Notes: generated from the sequence alone by a model not told the origin. DNA of 63,273 nucleotides, filler included, from Octopus bimaculoides (GCF_001194135.2; 3 parts of 3 records of this genome joined end to end with filler, not necessarily neighbours in it), one strand, 5' to 3'. Shown: positions 38,894 through 53,177, counted from the whole stretch's first letter. A program made the numbers and translations.

Positions 38894-39689
38894 TGTACAC
38901 CTGAGACTACATCATCCAACGTGTCACTATCATTTTAAAAACAATAGCGTGCGATTGGGATAAGGGAAACTACTATTTCTAGCATGTTGAATGACTACTT
39001 AAAGGCTCCTTCGTTGGTTCGCAAGAATAATGTTTACTGCGAGGATTTCTTTTACAGCGGCGCCTGTCATAACTTGACAGACCCTTACTTGGGTCCGATG
39101 TAACATACGAAACCCACCTTATATTCCTTGCGNNNNNNNNNNNNNNNNNNNNNNNNNNNNNNNNNNNNNNNNNNNNNNNNNNNNNNNNNNNNNNNNNNNN
39201 NNNNNNNNNNNNNNNNNNNNNNNNNNNNNNNNNNNNNNNNNNNNNNNNNNNNNNNNNNNNNNNNNNNNNNNNNNNNNNNNNNNNNNNNNNNNNNNNNNNN
39301 NNNNNNNNNNNNNNNNNNNNNNNNNNNNNNNNNNNNNNNNNNNNNNNNNNNNNNNNATATATATATATATATATATATAGGGAGGATTCACAAAAAAACA
39401 AAAACAAAAAAAACGATGCATTAGTATAACGCTCGGGAATTGAAAAAGTCTTTAACGTTTCGAGCCTAAGCTCTTCCACAGAAAGGAACACAGAAAGAAA
39501 CAAGGAGAGAAAAAAATGTGTGTAGTGGTTATATATGTACACACACACACTATATATATACAGGGCTGATCAAAAGTCACTCGACAGTAAATCAAAATTC
39601 CATACCTACTATCTGTAATTCTGTATTGTCACGAATCGAAAAATGTGTCGCTCAAAAAGGATTTCAGTTTGAACAATTTTCATGATATT

Positions 39690-39832
39690 TATTTGCATTA
39701 TTTACATTTGACGAACATTTATCCTCATCTTGTTTGTTGTTATCACAACAATTCGGCTGATATACCCTCTAGTCTTCATCAGGTGTCTTGAGGAAATTTC
39801 GAACCTAGGTTCTCATTCCTAATGTGATGGTG
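39690..39832 (-). repeat. Degenerate copy of the hammerhead-bearing repeat found at 62757-62935
   Basis: Reverse complement reads CAAGACAC CTGATGA A GACTA GAGGGTATAT CAGCC GAAT TGTTGTG; stem II and the GAAA box are mutated. Confidence 0.8.
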
Positions 39833-39835
39833 GTG

Positions 39836-39906
<71 letters not shown>

Positions 39907-40152
39907 GTTGGAATCGAATTAGGAATCTTGGGGTTAGTAGCCCGCGCTCTTAACCAACCACTCACTACGTCATATGCCCGTGGGCAATTATGGAGTGAAT
40001 TTCAGGGCTTATAAATCCAATAATTTCTTATCCTTCATATTTTGATGCTTTTATTAAATTCATTCAGTTGTTAAACATAAATAAATCTTGGGATTAAATG
40101 GTTTTGATACTGTCAGGTGACTTTTGGCTATGTATATATATATTATTGTATA

Positions 40153-40283
40153 CAGTAACACTTCACTTTACGAGGATCCACTTTACGAGACCCTGGATTT
40201 ACGGGTTTTATTTCCTGTTTACGAGTTTTCGCTTTACGAGCGTTCTCCGGCAACGAATTAACTCGTATATCGAGACATTATTG
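40153..40283. mobile_element. Small Tigger/pogo-like MITE
   Basis: TA-CAGTAACAC...ATTATTG-TA termini and four internal TTTACGAG repeats. Confidence 0.6.
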
Positions 40284-40318
40284 TATGTGTGTGTGTGTGT
40301 GTGTGTGTGTATGTGAGT

Positions 40319-40349
<31 letters not shown>

Positions 40350-40478
40350 AGTGTGTGTTTGAATCTGTGTGTATATGTGTCTGCATGTCAACAAAATTCT
40401 ACTTACAAATTGAAAACAATTTCTTGAGTAGTTGAGTTAGTAAACATTTCTATAGAATATGTATGCGTGTGTACGTGC

Positions 40479-40570
<92 letters not shown>

Positions 40571-40639
40571 TTTGATAATTTCTGTCCTAATATCGATTCT
40601 TCTTAAGAGCTGTGATAAGTAAAGATTGAAAAAGCAATA

Positions 40640-41935
40640 AAGATTAGAAATGAAATTCTTTTTTCTTCTTTTGAAGGCCCATCAAATGTGATGACTGCGT
40701 TGCTCTAGGACATTCACCTTCCACCGTTTCCAGTACATTGTCTCTCATGGGAGTGGAGGTGGCTGACAAGTTCAATGTTAGAAACACAGATCTTGTGACA
40801 CCGAGGATATAGAAATGGCCGAACAATGGCCGTAAGGCGTTGATGACGACGTCTTGTCTTCTCTTCATGCGGTCTCCTGCGTTCGGTTTCAAAACGCTCT
40901 CCTCCAGCATCACAAAAGAACTCTATGCTTTCTGACCGCCTTCCAGGGCATTCCAGAGCCTCCAACCGATTGGGAGGGTAACCGCATAAACAAAGAGATC
41001 GCTTGAGCTGATCACGAAGACGAAGTTTGGCTGTCTATGAGGCTTACCTGCAGTCTCTGTCTCTCAAAGGACCATCTTTGGGAGCCGGTTACTGATATCC
41101 GGATCATATGGCTAACCTAGCGGAGAAGACGACGGAGGATTCAGGCTTCAGCGCTGTAGATCCAAGCCCTTGATGGAATTTCGGTATGGGGTACCTTGTC
41201 CTGCCACGTGAGACTGAGGATACTTTGGAGTAGCCTGATGTGGAACGCTTCTGGTTGAATGATATGACGTTGATAAAGGGAACAACACTCAGATCCATAC
41301 TGGTGGGTGGGCACGCAGAAAACTCGATAAACGGAGATTTTTGTACTTGCTCTAAGGTTCTTGTTCCGAAAGACTCGTTTGCTGAGTCTCGTGAATGATG
41401 TAGAAGCCAAGTTGATTCGACAGAGTATCTCCTCGTCGAATAGTCCAGTGTTAGTGATCGTGCTTCCAAGATAACCGAATGAGTTTTTTTGCGGTAGAGG
41501 TGCATCATCAATATGGATGGGCTGAAGAGATGGTGAGGACGGGACGGCTGATTGAAGACCGAGCCGAGATTACGCACGGTTCATTGAGTTTATCATTTGT
41601 TGAAGAGAAAAGTGAGTATGTGATGGTCCAGCTGAATCGTTGGCATACCAAATCTCGTATACCGTGCTTGAGAGGGGTTTTTGATATGGCTTTCAGGTTG
41701 TGAGATGCATCCATTATAGCGGTACTTGATACGAATTCCGTCTTCTTCAGTGAACTGTCTCCTGGAATAAAGCCACCAGATAAATGTTAAACAATACAAG
41801 AACAAGGATGCATCCTTATTTTACCCCCACCTAGACATAAAAGGGTTCCGAGTCTTCCTCGCCAATTGCATACTATCATGAAATTTCTGGATGACCGAAA
41901 GAAATGCTGGTGGACTGCCATAATGAGATAATTTG
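40640..41935 (-). mobile_element. RTE-BovB-like LINE, 5'-truncated and degenerate
   Basis: YGSPPAFLSVIQKFHDSM, DGIRIKYRYNG, ASTSFTRLSKRVFRNKNLRASTKISVYRVFCVPTHQYGSEC, EAFHIRLLQSILSLTWQDKVPHTEI. Confidence 0.9.
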
Positions 41936-41938
41936 TGA

Positions 41939-42220
41939 CATTTAGATGAACGCACAACAAAAGATGTCGAAGCGGACAATTTCTTTAGAAAGGTATTGGT
42001 CCATCGGTCACTCTCTGAGAAGTTTATGGTCGATTCTGTGGAAGTGGACACCTCCAATGGTCTCAGCCCCCGGACCATATCCCTGCTCACTGCTATCGGG
42101 GCGGAAATGACTGTCTGCAAGTGTGAGCTCCGTGAGCCAAAGTGGCTGTTCCAGCATATCTCCCTTGCCATCCTCCGGAGCAACGCCTTTTTCATTTTGG
42201 CTGCTGGGACCATGAGGTAG
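41939..42220 (+). mobile_element. C-terminal restriction-like endonuclease fragment of a CRE-like non-LTR retrotransposon
   Basis: SLLTAIGAEM...ELREPKWLFQHISLAILRSNAFFIL resembles the RLE-clade C-terminal pattern LL..IG.....RE..WLFQR.S.A..RGNA. Confidence 0.55.
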
Positions 42221-42449
42221 TCTAAATTATAGGAAATCAAGAGAATGTAAGAATTTCATTGCTCGCTACTTGTAGTTGGTCAGTATACCATCCCATTTAC
42301 TTTCAACCTACTTATCACTTTATTTCCACCTTTATATACAGCTGAACGCCAAAAAAAAAAAAAAAAAAATTATATATATATATACAACAGAAACAGAAAA
42401 ACAAGCCTGCCCTACCAGAGTACATGTACTGAGAATACAACATCAATGA

Positions 42450-43245
42450 TAGGAAAACCGTTCGATTTCAAATTAGATTTCATTTTGAATCTTCATTAAG
42501 AAGCATTCGTAGCAAACACAAAGACATGTCATTAAAATTATCAATATCATTAAATGTCAAATAACCGTCTACTTAAAAATGTATACCGGGATATAGGATC
42601 GGAGTCTAATAAACCTTTACTGCTTACAGAAGAGTATTGGCTGTCAAAAGGACAAACTTTGCGACAACTGGCGGAAGTGAAGTCGTTATTGGAAAAGAAC
42701 TCAGATTTCGCAGAAGTCATCACGAGAAATGTATTTATTTCTAAATTATACTATTTGTCAGGCATATCTAAGAAGCTCAATGGAACGCATATGTCACAAA
42801 TATTTTCAATTTGTAAGATGAAATTGATGCGTTTAGGAAAAAAAAAAAAACGTATGGTAACGCATGGTAAATTTGAAATGTTTTCATTTAGTGATGATTT
42901 TGTCTGTGAAAATATTTTGACTTTTAATTTGATTAAACAGATCCTAGCGAAGCATTTGGTAATGATAGAGAAATAGTTTTGCAAATATTTTCTGCCAGAT
43001 GTAGACAATTGTGGATTACATTTAGACCAAATGCTACTCACTGTAATAATCGAACAGTTAAATAATTTTCTTTGAAGGCTGAACTTGAATTTTGAAAACA
43101 TAATTTTGGGTGCTTTTGGGTGCTTTTTGGGTGCATAAGAAACCAGAATACCCAGCATTATCTGGAGTAACAATAACAACTATTCTACTGTTTAATGGAG
43201 TATATTTATACGAATCAACATTCTCAGCTGTTGTGAGTTTTAGTT
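42450..43245 (+). mobile_element. hAT (Charlie/Buster, FAM200/SCAND3-like) transposase remnant
   Basis: LLLTEEYWLSKGQTLRQL (cf. LLLHTEVRWLSRG), KLYYLSGISKKLN (cf. LAYLxDIFxKLN), FEMF, KHL...KYF. Confidence 0.8.
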
Positions 43246-43249
43246 ATTT

Positions 43250-44755
43250 TCCAATCGAAGTCGGATGTAGAGGATTCGTTGACACAGTGTGAGACGACTG
43301 TTGTTATCATTAGGGATAACTCATCGTATAGCAAGCACCACCATGAACGATATCCAAACCCTTGTGGAAAAGGCTAGCCACTGAATTTGGTTAAAAAGAG
43401 ATGATTTGCGATGGCTAGAAGAATATTGAGCTATTTTTGATAACCGCTTGATCTAGCAAGCGAAGCCTCATGTAAAGGTGTGTGTGTATGCAGCGGTGCG
43501 CAATGATGCCGTCGAGAGGTAGGTCTCGAAACGGCGCGCATTCTCTCTTGATGACCCCATACACTTGCTAACTTCCCGTATGAGGAGTTTTCAACAGGTA
43601 GCATATGCATGTGCAAGTTGTTTTCAAAACATCTAAGATCTTGTGGTAGGTAACCATTGACATACCGGAAGACGGTTAGGCATCTTGGAAAGACAAGAGG
43701 ACTGCTCGAAAGACGAGCTGACAACGGGAAAGACTATCGACACCAGGAAAGACTGGTGGAGGCTGCGGACTTTCAATCCTCGCCTCTGTAACATGTAACA
43801 ACTACCGATGAGAATGAGAGCCCCATGATTGACCGAGAGGGTGGGGTCGAGAATCAACCAAACCCAGTTAACACGGAAATGAGCTTTCGAACAACGAACG
43901 AAATGCAAACAACTTTGGATGCAAGCTGTACTGTAGGACCTTTGCAACCGAGAGAGGCTTGAAGATTCATCAGGGAGAGACTTGTAGGAAGAGGACAGAG
44001 CAGTGTGGATCATCTGATCGTGAAACACGTGGTAAATCATCCCCGGGCTCAAGCCACAGCAGATCGATAAATGCTACAGCAAAGACTTCTTCCCGACAGG
44101 AAACTGCAGGTTATGAGACTAGTGCATCAAATAGAATTCGAAGGAAACCGAGGGTTCTGTGACCGGCTGCTAATGAGAAAGGAAGATATGAAGAGTTTGA
44201 GAACAAAGTATGCCAAGCTCTTTATAAAGTGACGATCTACAGTGGAGAAACTGGGAAAGTTAACAAGCTCAATATACGATATAGGAAAGGAATTATTTGG
44301 AGTGATGGATGATATCTGATTAGCGAAAGGAAAGTGTGGACCAAGCAGGAGGATCAGGCCTCCTCGAGGAATGTGAAGAAACCGAGCATTTTCCAATCGA
44401 AGTCGGGTTTAGAGGATTCGTTGGACAGTGTGAAGCGACTGTTGTTATCGATAGGCCTAACTCATCGTAAAGTAAATATCACCACGAACGATATCCAAAC
44501 TACAGTGGAAAAAGCTAGCCACTAAATTTGGTTAGAAAGAGACGATGAGCGATGTCTAGAAGAATATTGAGCTATAGTTGATAACCAGTTGATTTAGCAA
44601 GCGGGGCCTCATGTCAGTGAGGGGGACCGGTGTGCAATGATGCTGTCCCAAACGGTGCGCATTCTCTCCTGATGATCCCATACACTTGTTGGCTTCCGGT
44701 ATGCGAAGCTTTCGATTGGTATCACTTGCATGTGCAAGTTGTTTGCAAAACATAT
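43250..44755 (+). mobile_element. Two tandem 3' ends of a HERO-like RLE non-LTR retrotransposon
   Basis: PIEVGCRGFVDTV...LVEKASH*IWLKRDD at 43250-43430 and the homologous ...SVKRLLLSIG...TVEKASH*IWLERDD at 44390-44570. Each is followed by a homologous 3' UTR. Confidence 0.75.
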
Positions 44756-45749
44756 TTAATATAATCATACACGGGTTACATTCTTTTATTAAGGGTTTTA
44801 AATAGAATGATGTTAAACTGATTCTGGTTTTAAAAGGGAAGTTAGACAACGCAGAAATTCTAATTAATTATAATTAATTAAATACGGAATACAGTGTGGT
44901 GGGTTTGATCTTTAGTCGCACAATGGCAACTTACAGAATGGTATGATGTGGTGTAGTGTGAGAGTTGTTGTTGCTTAACCCTAGTTTAATTTAGGAAGCG
45001 TATGATCAAGCAGTATTCCAGCTTTGACTATCCAGTAATTTTAGAGCTATCCAGAACTACACAGGCTAATGTGTCCTTTCCTTTTTGAAGATAATAATAG
45101 GGTTTGATTTGAGGGAATTCGGTTGCTATTTCTAAAAGGTTGACCGACTACCCAGAGACACCCTCTTTCTCGTGGAATGCGGTACAGGCGCAGTGTTTTT
45201 GCTGTGCAGTGGGATGTGGTATATTGTAGCGTGGTATGATGTAGGTATAGTGTTTTTGTAGCGTATGAAGATGTGATGTATTTGAAAGTAGAGCGGCAGT
45301 CCGTGATACAATTTCAAATCCCCATGTGGAGACATTTCACTTTACTTACAACGCCGTTACGTTTGTAAAATCCCCGGTCTTTTCCTTGAGGTTTGTAGTC
45401 ATTAGAAACAAATAATTAATTTCAAGCTTAAAGCTATAACAACTGATATCAATTTCATCACGTATGTTAAGCAAAATGTTTCGTTCGTGCGAAACATTGC
45501 AAGCAAACACATATATACACACACATATACACACATATATGCACACAGGTATTAACGTGCACGTTCTGAGATTAAATCCATCGATGACAACTTCTTCGCT
45601 TTTCATTTTTCCGGGGGTCAATAAAATAAAATAAATGACTAGTCAGTTGCTGGGGTCGATACTATGTACTAATGATCAAAGGTATTCTAGCTGCTACCAT
45701 GCTATACATCCCACCTTCACCCTGATGTACTATGTCTAGGACAGAATCT

Positions 45750-46130
45750 TTTTTATCTGTTACTTATTTCAGTCATTTGACTGCGGTTATGCTGAAGCAC
45801 CGCATTGAAGGGCTTTAGTTGAAAAAAAATCATCGATATCAAAGCTAATTATTATTTTTAAAGTATAACACTTATTCTATCGGTTGTTTTTGCCGAACCG
45901 CTAAGTTAGAGAGACCTAAACAAACCAAAACCGCTTGTCAAGTGGTGAGCGAGTGAGACAAACACACGCTTACACACGTATATAAATATGACTGATTTCC
46001 GTACAGTCTCCGTCTAGCAAGATCACTCACAAAGCTACAGTAGAAGACGATTGCCCAAGGTGCCGCACCGTGGGACAGAATCCGAAATCACGTGGTTGCA
46101 AAGCAAGCTTCTTAACCACACAGCTACGCC
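45750..46130 (-). mobile_element. SINE, family B (diverged)
   Basis: Homologous to 46695-47064. Confidence 0.8.
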
Positions 46131-46602
46131 AGTATCTTCATTTTGATTAAAAAAAAAAACGTTATTAGAACAGGATTTCAGTGAGGCTTTGGTTGCTATT
46201 TCTAACATATAGACAGGTCGCGTAGAAGGTCCATTAAATGCTGCTAAAGCTGTACATTCAATATTGGATTTAACGGAGATGAGATATTTATCTTTGGCTT
46301 TGTGTAAGTCTTTTGTGTTATTTCCTTGGTTATTTCTGTAGCCTTAGCTTACTGTGCTGTTTCAATTGATGAAGTCTGTATACAGAAATTATATGCCTTA
46401 AGCAAACTGAACTGAACTGATAAGGAGATCGTTTCATGTTTGTTTTCTTAGGATATGTTGCTGGAGATACAAATAGAAAAAGGAGAACAGTAGGTGAGCA
46501 GGAACATGTACTTCAGTCTGGATCTTTCATTTTATATTTTTGCTTCAGTTGGAACTTCCTCTTCTTTTTGTCTGTTTGTCAACCTGTCTTTCCCTCAGTG
46601 TA

Positions 46603-46687
<85 letters not shown>

Positions 46688-46694
46688 CATACTC

Positions 46695-47064
46695 TTTTAC
46701 TATTTTACTTGTTTCAGTCATTTGACCGCGGCCATGCTGGAGCACCACATTTAGTCGAGCAAATCGACCCCAGGACTTATTCTTTGGAAGCCTAGTACTT
46801 ATTCTATCGGTCTCTTTTGCCGAACCGCTAAGTTACGGGTCGTAAACACACCAACATCGGTTGTCAAGCGATGTTGGGAGACAAACACAGACACACAGAC
46901 ATATACACACACATACATATATATATATATACATATATACGACGGGCTTCTTTGGTCGGCCCGAGGCTATAGTAGAAGACACTTGCCCAAGGTGCCACGC
47001 AGTGGGACTGAACCCGGAACCATATGGTTGGTAAGCAAGCTACTTACCACACAGCCACTCCTGC
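46695..47064 (-). mobile_element. tRNA-derived SINE, family B
   Basis: Minus-strand head GCAGGAGTGGCTGTGTGGTAAG with B-box-like GGTTCAGTCCC. Confidence 0.9.
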
Positions 47065-48599
47065 ACCTATATATATATAAAAGATCCTTCCCGAGACACA
47101 GGTTAATAAAGCTGGTTTTCCGNNNNNNNNNNNNNNNNNNNNNNNNNNNNNNNNNNNNNNNNNNNNNNNNNNNNNNNNNNNNNNNNNNNNNNNNNNNNNN
47201 NNNNNNNNNNNNNNNNNNNNNNNNNNNNNNNNNNNNNNNNNNNNNNNNNNNNNNNNNNNNNNNNNNNNNNNNNNNNNNNNNNNNNNNNNNNNNNNNNNNN
47301 NNNNNNNNNNNNNNNNNNNNNNNNNNNNNNNNNNNNNNNNNNNNNNNNNNNNNNNNNTTTCACTTTGAGAATGCTTATTTATCCATCCATTATGATATTT
47401 AGAACGCGACATCTTTTCATTGAAAACTGCTAAAGATTCAAAGCAGTATACGTGAACTGAAGTTAAACTCTTCATGTCTTAATTTTTCGTTACCTGAAGT
47501 CAATTTCAGAGTGGTCGTACACTGTAAGCACGTAGCAAATACATTCCTTTAACTCTACTTTTTCAAGTAGGTATATTGCTATTTTTGAACGTATCAATCA
47601 TTCTTTTCTCCGAAAAATAGCTCCATTTGCTGTTGAATAAAATAAACTCGTAGAGGAAAAGTTTCAACGTCTTCCTTCAATTTCCTTATACCATTTATGT
47701 GGCTGTTTCTGACAAGAAATTTCGCTTTCATGTAAAACAACTATACTTTGTAGTCATTATCCGTAATCTACTCCCCAAATACTTCCGAAGCTCTACTTTG
47801 CATCGCTTGCAAACTTATATGTTCTATGATCATTAAAGTGCAACGACCTCCACAATAACCAGCCTTCAATTTGGTTTTCTGTTCCTAGGTTAATCGGAAA
47901 CATAGATTACCGTGCTACTCATAAAACTTCGCGGTAGTTCAATTATTTGGTGAAAAAAATACCACCAAAGCAACTTAAACCGTCCAAAGGACGGGTGCGT
48001 TTGCTAGCATATATATATATATATANNNNNNNNNNNNNNNNNNNNNNNNNNNNNNNNNNNNNNNNNNNNNNNNNNNNNNNNNNNNNNNNNNNNNNNNNNN
48101 NNNNNNNNNNNNNNNNNNNNNNNNNNNNNNNNNNNNNNNNNNNNNNNNNNNNNNNNNNNNNNNNNNNNNNNNNNNNNNNNNNNNNNNNNNNNNNNNNNNN
48201 NNNNNNNNNNNNNNNNNNNNNNNNNNNNNNNNNNNNNNNNNNNNNNNNNNNNNNNNNNNNNNNNNNNNNNNNNNNNNNNNNNNNNNNNNNNNNNNNNNNN
48301 NNNNNNNNNNNNNNNNNNNNNNNNNNNNNNNNNNNNNNNNNNNNNNNNNNNNNNNNNNNNNNNNNNNNNNNNNNNNNNNNNNNNNNNNNNNNNNNNNNNN
48401 NNNNNNNNNCTCTAGAACTGAGAGTTTTGCGCGTTGCACCTTCACACTTTTAGTAAGTGCAACACACTCGACTTACTTGTGTAGCTTTAGAGCAAAATAA
48501 ACATAAAAAGTATATGTATGCTTTATTTTTCCATACTGATTTCTGTTTCTCTTGTTTGTGACACTGAACGCCTCCTTCACCCACGCATCAGCTTATAAT

Positions 48600-49480
48600 A
48601 ATTATATCAAAAGGCTAGGTCCCCATGGTTGAGTTGAAGAAGTTCGAGAGATCTTTCAGAAAAAGAATGCTGGACCAGATGGGATCCCATCTTCGGGGTT
48701 CAGAAATAGTGACCTGGATGACATCTTATTAAACATCTGGAACATATCATTGATAACGGACAACAAAACAAAGCATTGTTTCCTTTAGAAACTTTAGTTC
48801 ACTTGTAAAGACCAACCACCATAGCACCACTCTGACCTGGCAATCAGTAAAGATCTATATTCGGATATCCTCAACCAGAGAAAAGTAGCTTTTGATCCCT
48901 AACTGAAATATAACTAAAATGCTTTCTGTGAGAACTAGACAGCAGATGTGCTGATCTTGGCTTTTCCTAGAATGATACAAGAGATAAGAAGGACAACTTC
49001 TGCCTGTTCTCTTACATTTATCAATTTCAAGAAAACGTTGATTTAATTCATCGTGGAAGTGTGAGCAAGATCTTCAAGGCATGCGTGTCAGGCCTTGTAA
49101 CATGAGTGATCTCACCGTACAAGGAAATTGAAATGGTTGAGCTGCGAAATGAAGCCTTACAAAGTGACATGTTGGTATCCTTCATTTTTACCATGGTTTT
49201 TGAGCTACGCTCTTCGGCAAACTGCTGGAAATCGCGAGGAGTTAGCCTTCACCTTTACACCAAATATTTCAAGTGGTTTGAATCGATGGCACTGGTTGAT
49301 AAAGACCTTACCAATGACGTCCTTTTGTTATCTTCCTTTGCAGGTGTGAAAGTTGGACCCTCATTAAGTCCAACGTTGATGGGTACTATACGCCAATACA
49401 CCACATGGTTCATTAATCAGCTGGATACAGAAGGTGACCAATGAACATCTTTATGGTGATCACCATTTTTAACCCACAAA
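48600..49480 (+). mobile_element. Degenerate LINE RT (RTE-like)
   Basis: KNAGPDGIP, LTFINFKK, LQSDMLVSFIFTMVFELRS (cf. GVLQGDTLAPFLF), DKDLTNDVLLLS (cf. DLDFADD). Confidence 0.7.
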
Positions 49481-51357
49481 CAGAAGATGGATGTAACTTA
49501 CTATAAACTTTCCGAGACTCTCAGAATTATCTGCCAAAAAAACAATCCTTTTGAAACTGACCCATGGGAAGGTGAACTGTAGCGTTCTTCCGGAACCACG
49601 GCGAAAACCCTGTTGGAGGACAGTAGTGGTGTAACTGTTGATAAATTTAATTCCCTGACGAGGGAATAAGACGAGTTCGTTATCGTGTCCAACTCAAGAG
49701 GAAGCTGTAGTCGATCAATGGTGATGATGTAAATGAAAATGAAGATGATGATGATAGTGATCACAAAATAATTTTCATTAAATGTGGTCATACTGCCAGG
49801 TCCTTCGTTCAAAACGACATTTCAACCTAATGTGTTATTTTTCCTAGTTTTCCCTTTGTAGTTTCTTACGCTTGTATTGTGTTTTAATAAAGTCAAACTG
49901 GCAGATGAAACAAAATAAATATTTTAAACAGACTCTCATATCTTGCGTTTTTACTATTTCCATTTACTCCCCAGTCTATGAACTAATGAGGGATCTCGAG
50001 TCAAAAAAGGAGTCTCAATGCGGTCGATTAACGTACTGGAAATAGCTGCCAAATCTATTTCAAATCATATCGTACTGTATTATACAACCCCACCAAAAAA
50101 ACAAAAAACAAAAAAACAAAAACAAAAGAGAAACTATATCTGAAAAGGTGGGGTGACCATAGCTAGATTGCTTTGCCCATAGCTCAGATTTATTAGGACC
50201 AACCTGCATATTGATGTGACCGAAACGTTGTTCCAATCGATGTGTCTAACTGTCTGAAATTGAAGGCCTACTCTCATTTGTCGTATCCTGAAGGCTTCAT
50301 TTCCTGTCACAAGAAAACCAGATATCGGAGGTGTAATTTGAACTGCAGTACTTATTATCATTTTTTTAAAGTCTAGCACTTATTCTATAGGTCTCGAATG
50401 TCAAACAGCTAAGTTACAAGGACGTAAATAAACCAATACTGATTTGACTTTAATTTAAATGTTATTAACACGTCACAAGTGGAAAGCGCCTGGTTCTGAC
50501 CCAAGCGAGGGAATAAACGTGTTGTGGCACAATGTTTCATCTTTTTTTGCCTTTTTAAATGTTGTGGTGTAGTTTAGGGAAGATTTGGCTGCTATTTCTG
50601 GCAGGTCGAGAGACCACTTAAAGATTTCGTGTGTGCCGATTTTCAATGGAGGCCAACAGACACGATATATCTGGAGGTTTTCGAGTGGCTAACATGACAT
50701 AACTTGTAACTTCTTTATTACTAATTTTTAGGAAAATGAGTGTAATTTTTGTCATCATCATACAAAAATACATCGCAACTTCAAGTAGAATTGCTGGCCT
50801 TGTGCCAGAATTTGAAACCATTATACGGTGTATTGAATAACAGTAGAAAAATGTAGCAATTCCAAAAACCAGTGCACGCAATTCCAAAAACACACACACA
50901 GTTCGATGAACTGAAAAATGGGAGGTAAAGGGTCTTTCTCAAGGAAGTCAGCACATCACTGATAGCTGGACTCGAATCTGCGATCATTCGCCCATCACTC
51001 GACATGAAGAATAGCAGCTATGCTGGTTTCTATGGGATTTATTTGGCCCATGATCACCTCTCATTGTTACTTCCTGTGTTCAGGCAGTTATGTATTACAA
51101 TATGCAAATAGAATGGATATTTTGATTAATGGAAATGAGTTTCTTATGAGTTGACATTGTACTTAATGTATTTCAATGACAGCCTTCTCCGCTCATAAAT
51201 AGTGTCAGAAACTAACGTCCATTTCCCCCCTCTATTATCGTGTCCTATATCCTCGTGGTGTTGAGTAGAAGTCGATATAACACATTGTAGAAACAATTAG
51301 TTATGTATTACAGCTGGGATTAAGTTACATATCCATTTTTGCTATACTGAATGATTA

Positions 51358-51710
51358 TGGAGGTGCAATGGCCCAGTGGTTAGGGCAGCGGAATCGCAGT
51401 CGTGGGATCGCAGTTTCGATTCCGAGACCGGGCGTTGCGAATGTTTGTTGAGTGAAAGCACCTAAAGCTTCACGAGGCTCCGGCAGAGGGTGGTGGCTAA
51501 TCCTGCTGTACTCTTTCTCTCACTCTTTCTTTCTGTATTTCAAAGGGTCAGCCTTGTCACACACTGTGTCACGCTGAATCTTCCCAAGAACTACGTTAAA
51601 GGAACAACTGTCTGTGGAGTGCTCAGACACTTGCACGTTAATTTCACGAGCAGGCTGTTCCGTTGATCGGATCAACTGGAACCCTCGTCGCCGTAACCGA
51701 CGGAGTACCA
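51358..51710 (+). mobile_element. tRNA-derived SINE, family C
   Basis: A box TGGCCCAGTGG and B box GTTTCGATTCC; homologous to 28866-29244. Confidence 0.9.
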
Positions 51711-53177
51711 CGATTGAATGCTTGGGAGAGAACGTTTAAACTTCGAAGTGACAACAGACATTAGTATTGTTTTTATTCCGTTTTATCTCGCCACTGTTTT
51801 AGTCATTAGGATTCTTCACTAGCTTATTTTTACTAATTACTTTTAGTTTTTTTTTATAGTTTGTCTACGGTCAATCCTGTTGATTGAAAAGTGAAATAAA
51901 ACTGCTATAATTCGATATGAGGAGAAATACCTAGTTCCGGACATCCTTTGCTTTATATGATAGCATTATATCTCTAGAGAGGATACATTAGAGTAACTTC
52001 CTGTAGCTTTCTTCAGAGGTATACAAAACTTGAGGTTTCCAAAGGAAATGAAATGAGATCTGTAAATATTATACGCTTCTCAGGCTCAGTAAATTAAAAG
52101 ATAAACCAAACGGTAGATCGATCGACTGGCAAGTTTAGATGCAGAGTAAGTAGAAGAATGCATATTAGATCGAGGAGTGAATTGGACCTAGATTAAATAA
52201 TAAATTAAACGTAAATTTAACCGTATATTGAACAACAGATCGAGTTGTTAACTGAGCTATAGATAGAACCGTATAAATTAAACGGCATAATGAGCATAAG
52301 CGCTGTAGAACTTGAGAACTAGAAGTAGAAGAAAAGTTAGATTGATGCTCTGATGTTACCAGGTCTTAATAGAAGAACCTAACTATCCCCACATTATATT
52401 GAAAAGTAGCTTCCCTATAATTTTTCTTGCAAATGGTGTGGTGTATCAGAATGATTTAATTGCTAAACAAATCTAATTTCGCAAACCTCCAAAAAATGTA
52501 AAATCTTGTACATATACCTGACAATTTTTTTATCGCTATCTCGGCATGTACGATAAAAGATATGATTCGCCAAAAAAGTCAGAATACTACCAAAATGTTC
52601 TGGAGTTATCTCCCGTACTCGACGGAAACATGGAAATAGTATTGGTCACATTGATTAATATCGTTATTTATTCATAACACTTATTTTTAAAATTATAGTT
52701 AGCTTTTTAATGCCATCTGTATAAACCACGTTAACAATAATTTCCCTAAAGATTAGTAGATAAAGCAGATTAACTTCCAATCAGCATTACTTCGGTTACC
52801 TTCAGGTATAATAATTTTTTGTTTACATTAAGTATTTACTTCAGTTAGGATTCAACAAACGAGCCTCTATTTCAGCTAAATAGGAATGGGTTGGTGGAGT
52901 TTACTCTGCGAGTTACAATATAATTTAAATAATATATAAATATATGCATATATCCATGCATATATGTACATACCTACATCTCTATGTATACATACATGTA
53001 TATATGGGTACAGGATATCACAAAAAAACGTTAAACACAATGAGAAACGAAAACATAAAGACGAAAACAGAAAACGAAGTTTTTTTCGAACAACGAAAAA
53101 ACCAGAGAAACGAGACATGCAACATAAAGAATATTTCCCTTCTTCAGTTGTCCCTGTTCCATCTACTCCGCGTTTCG

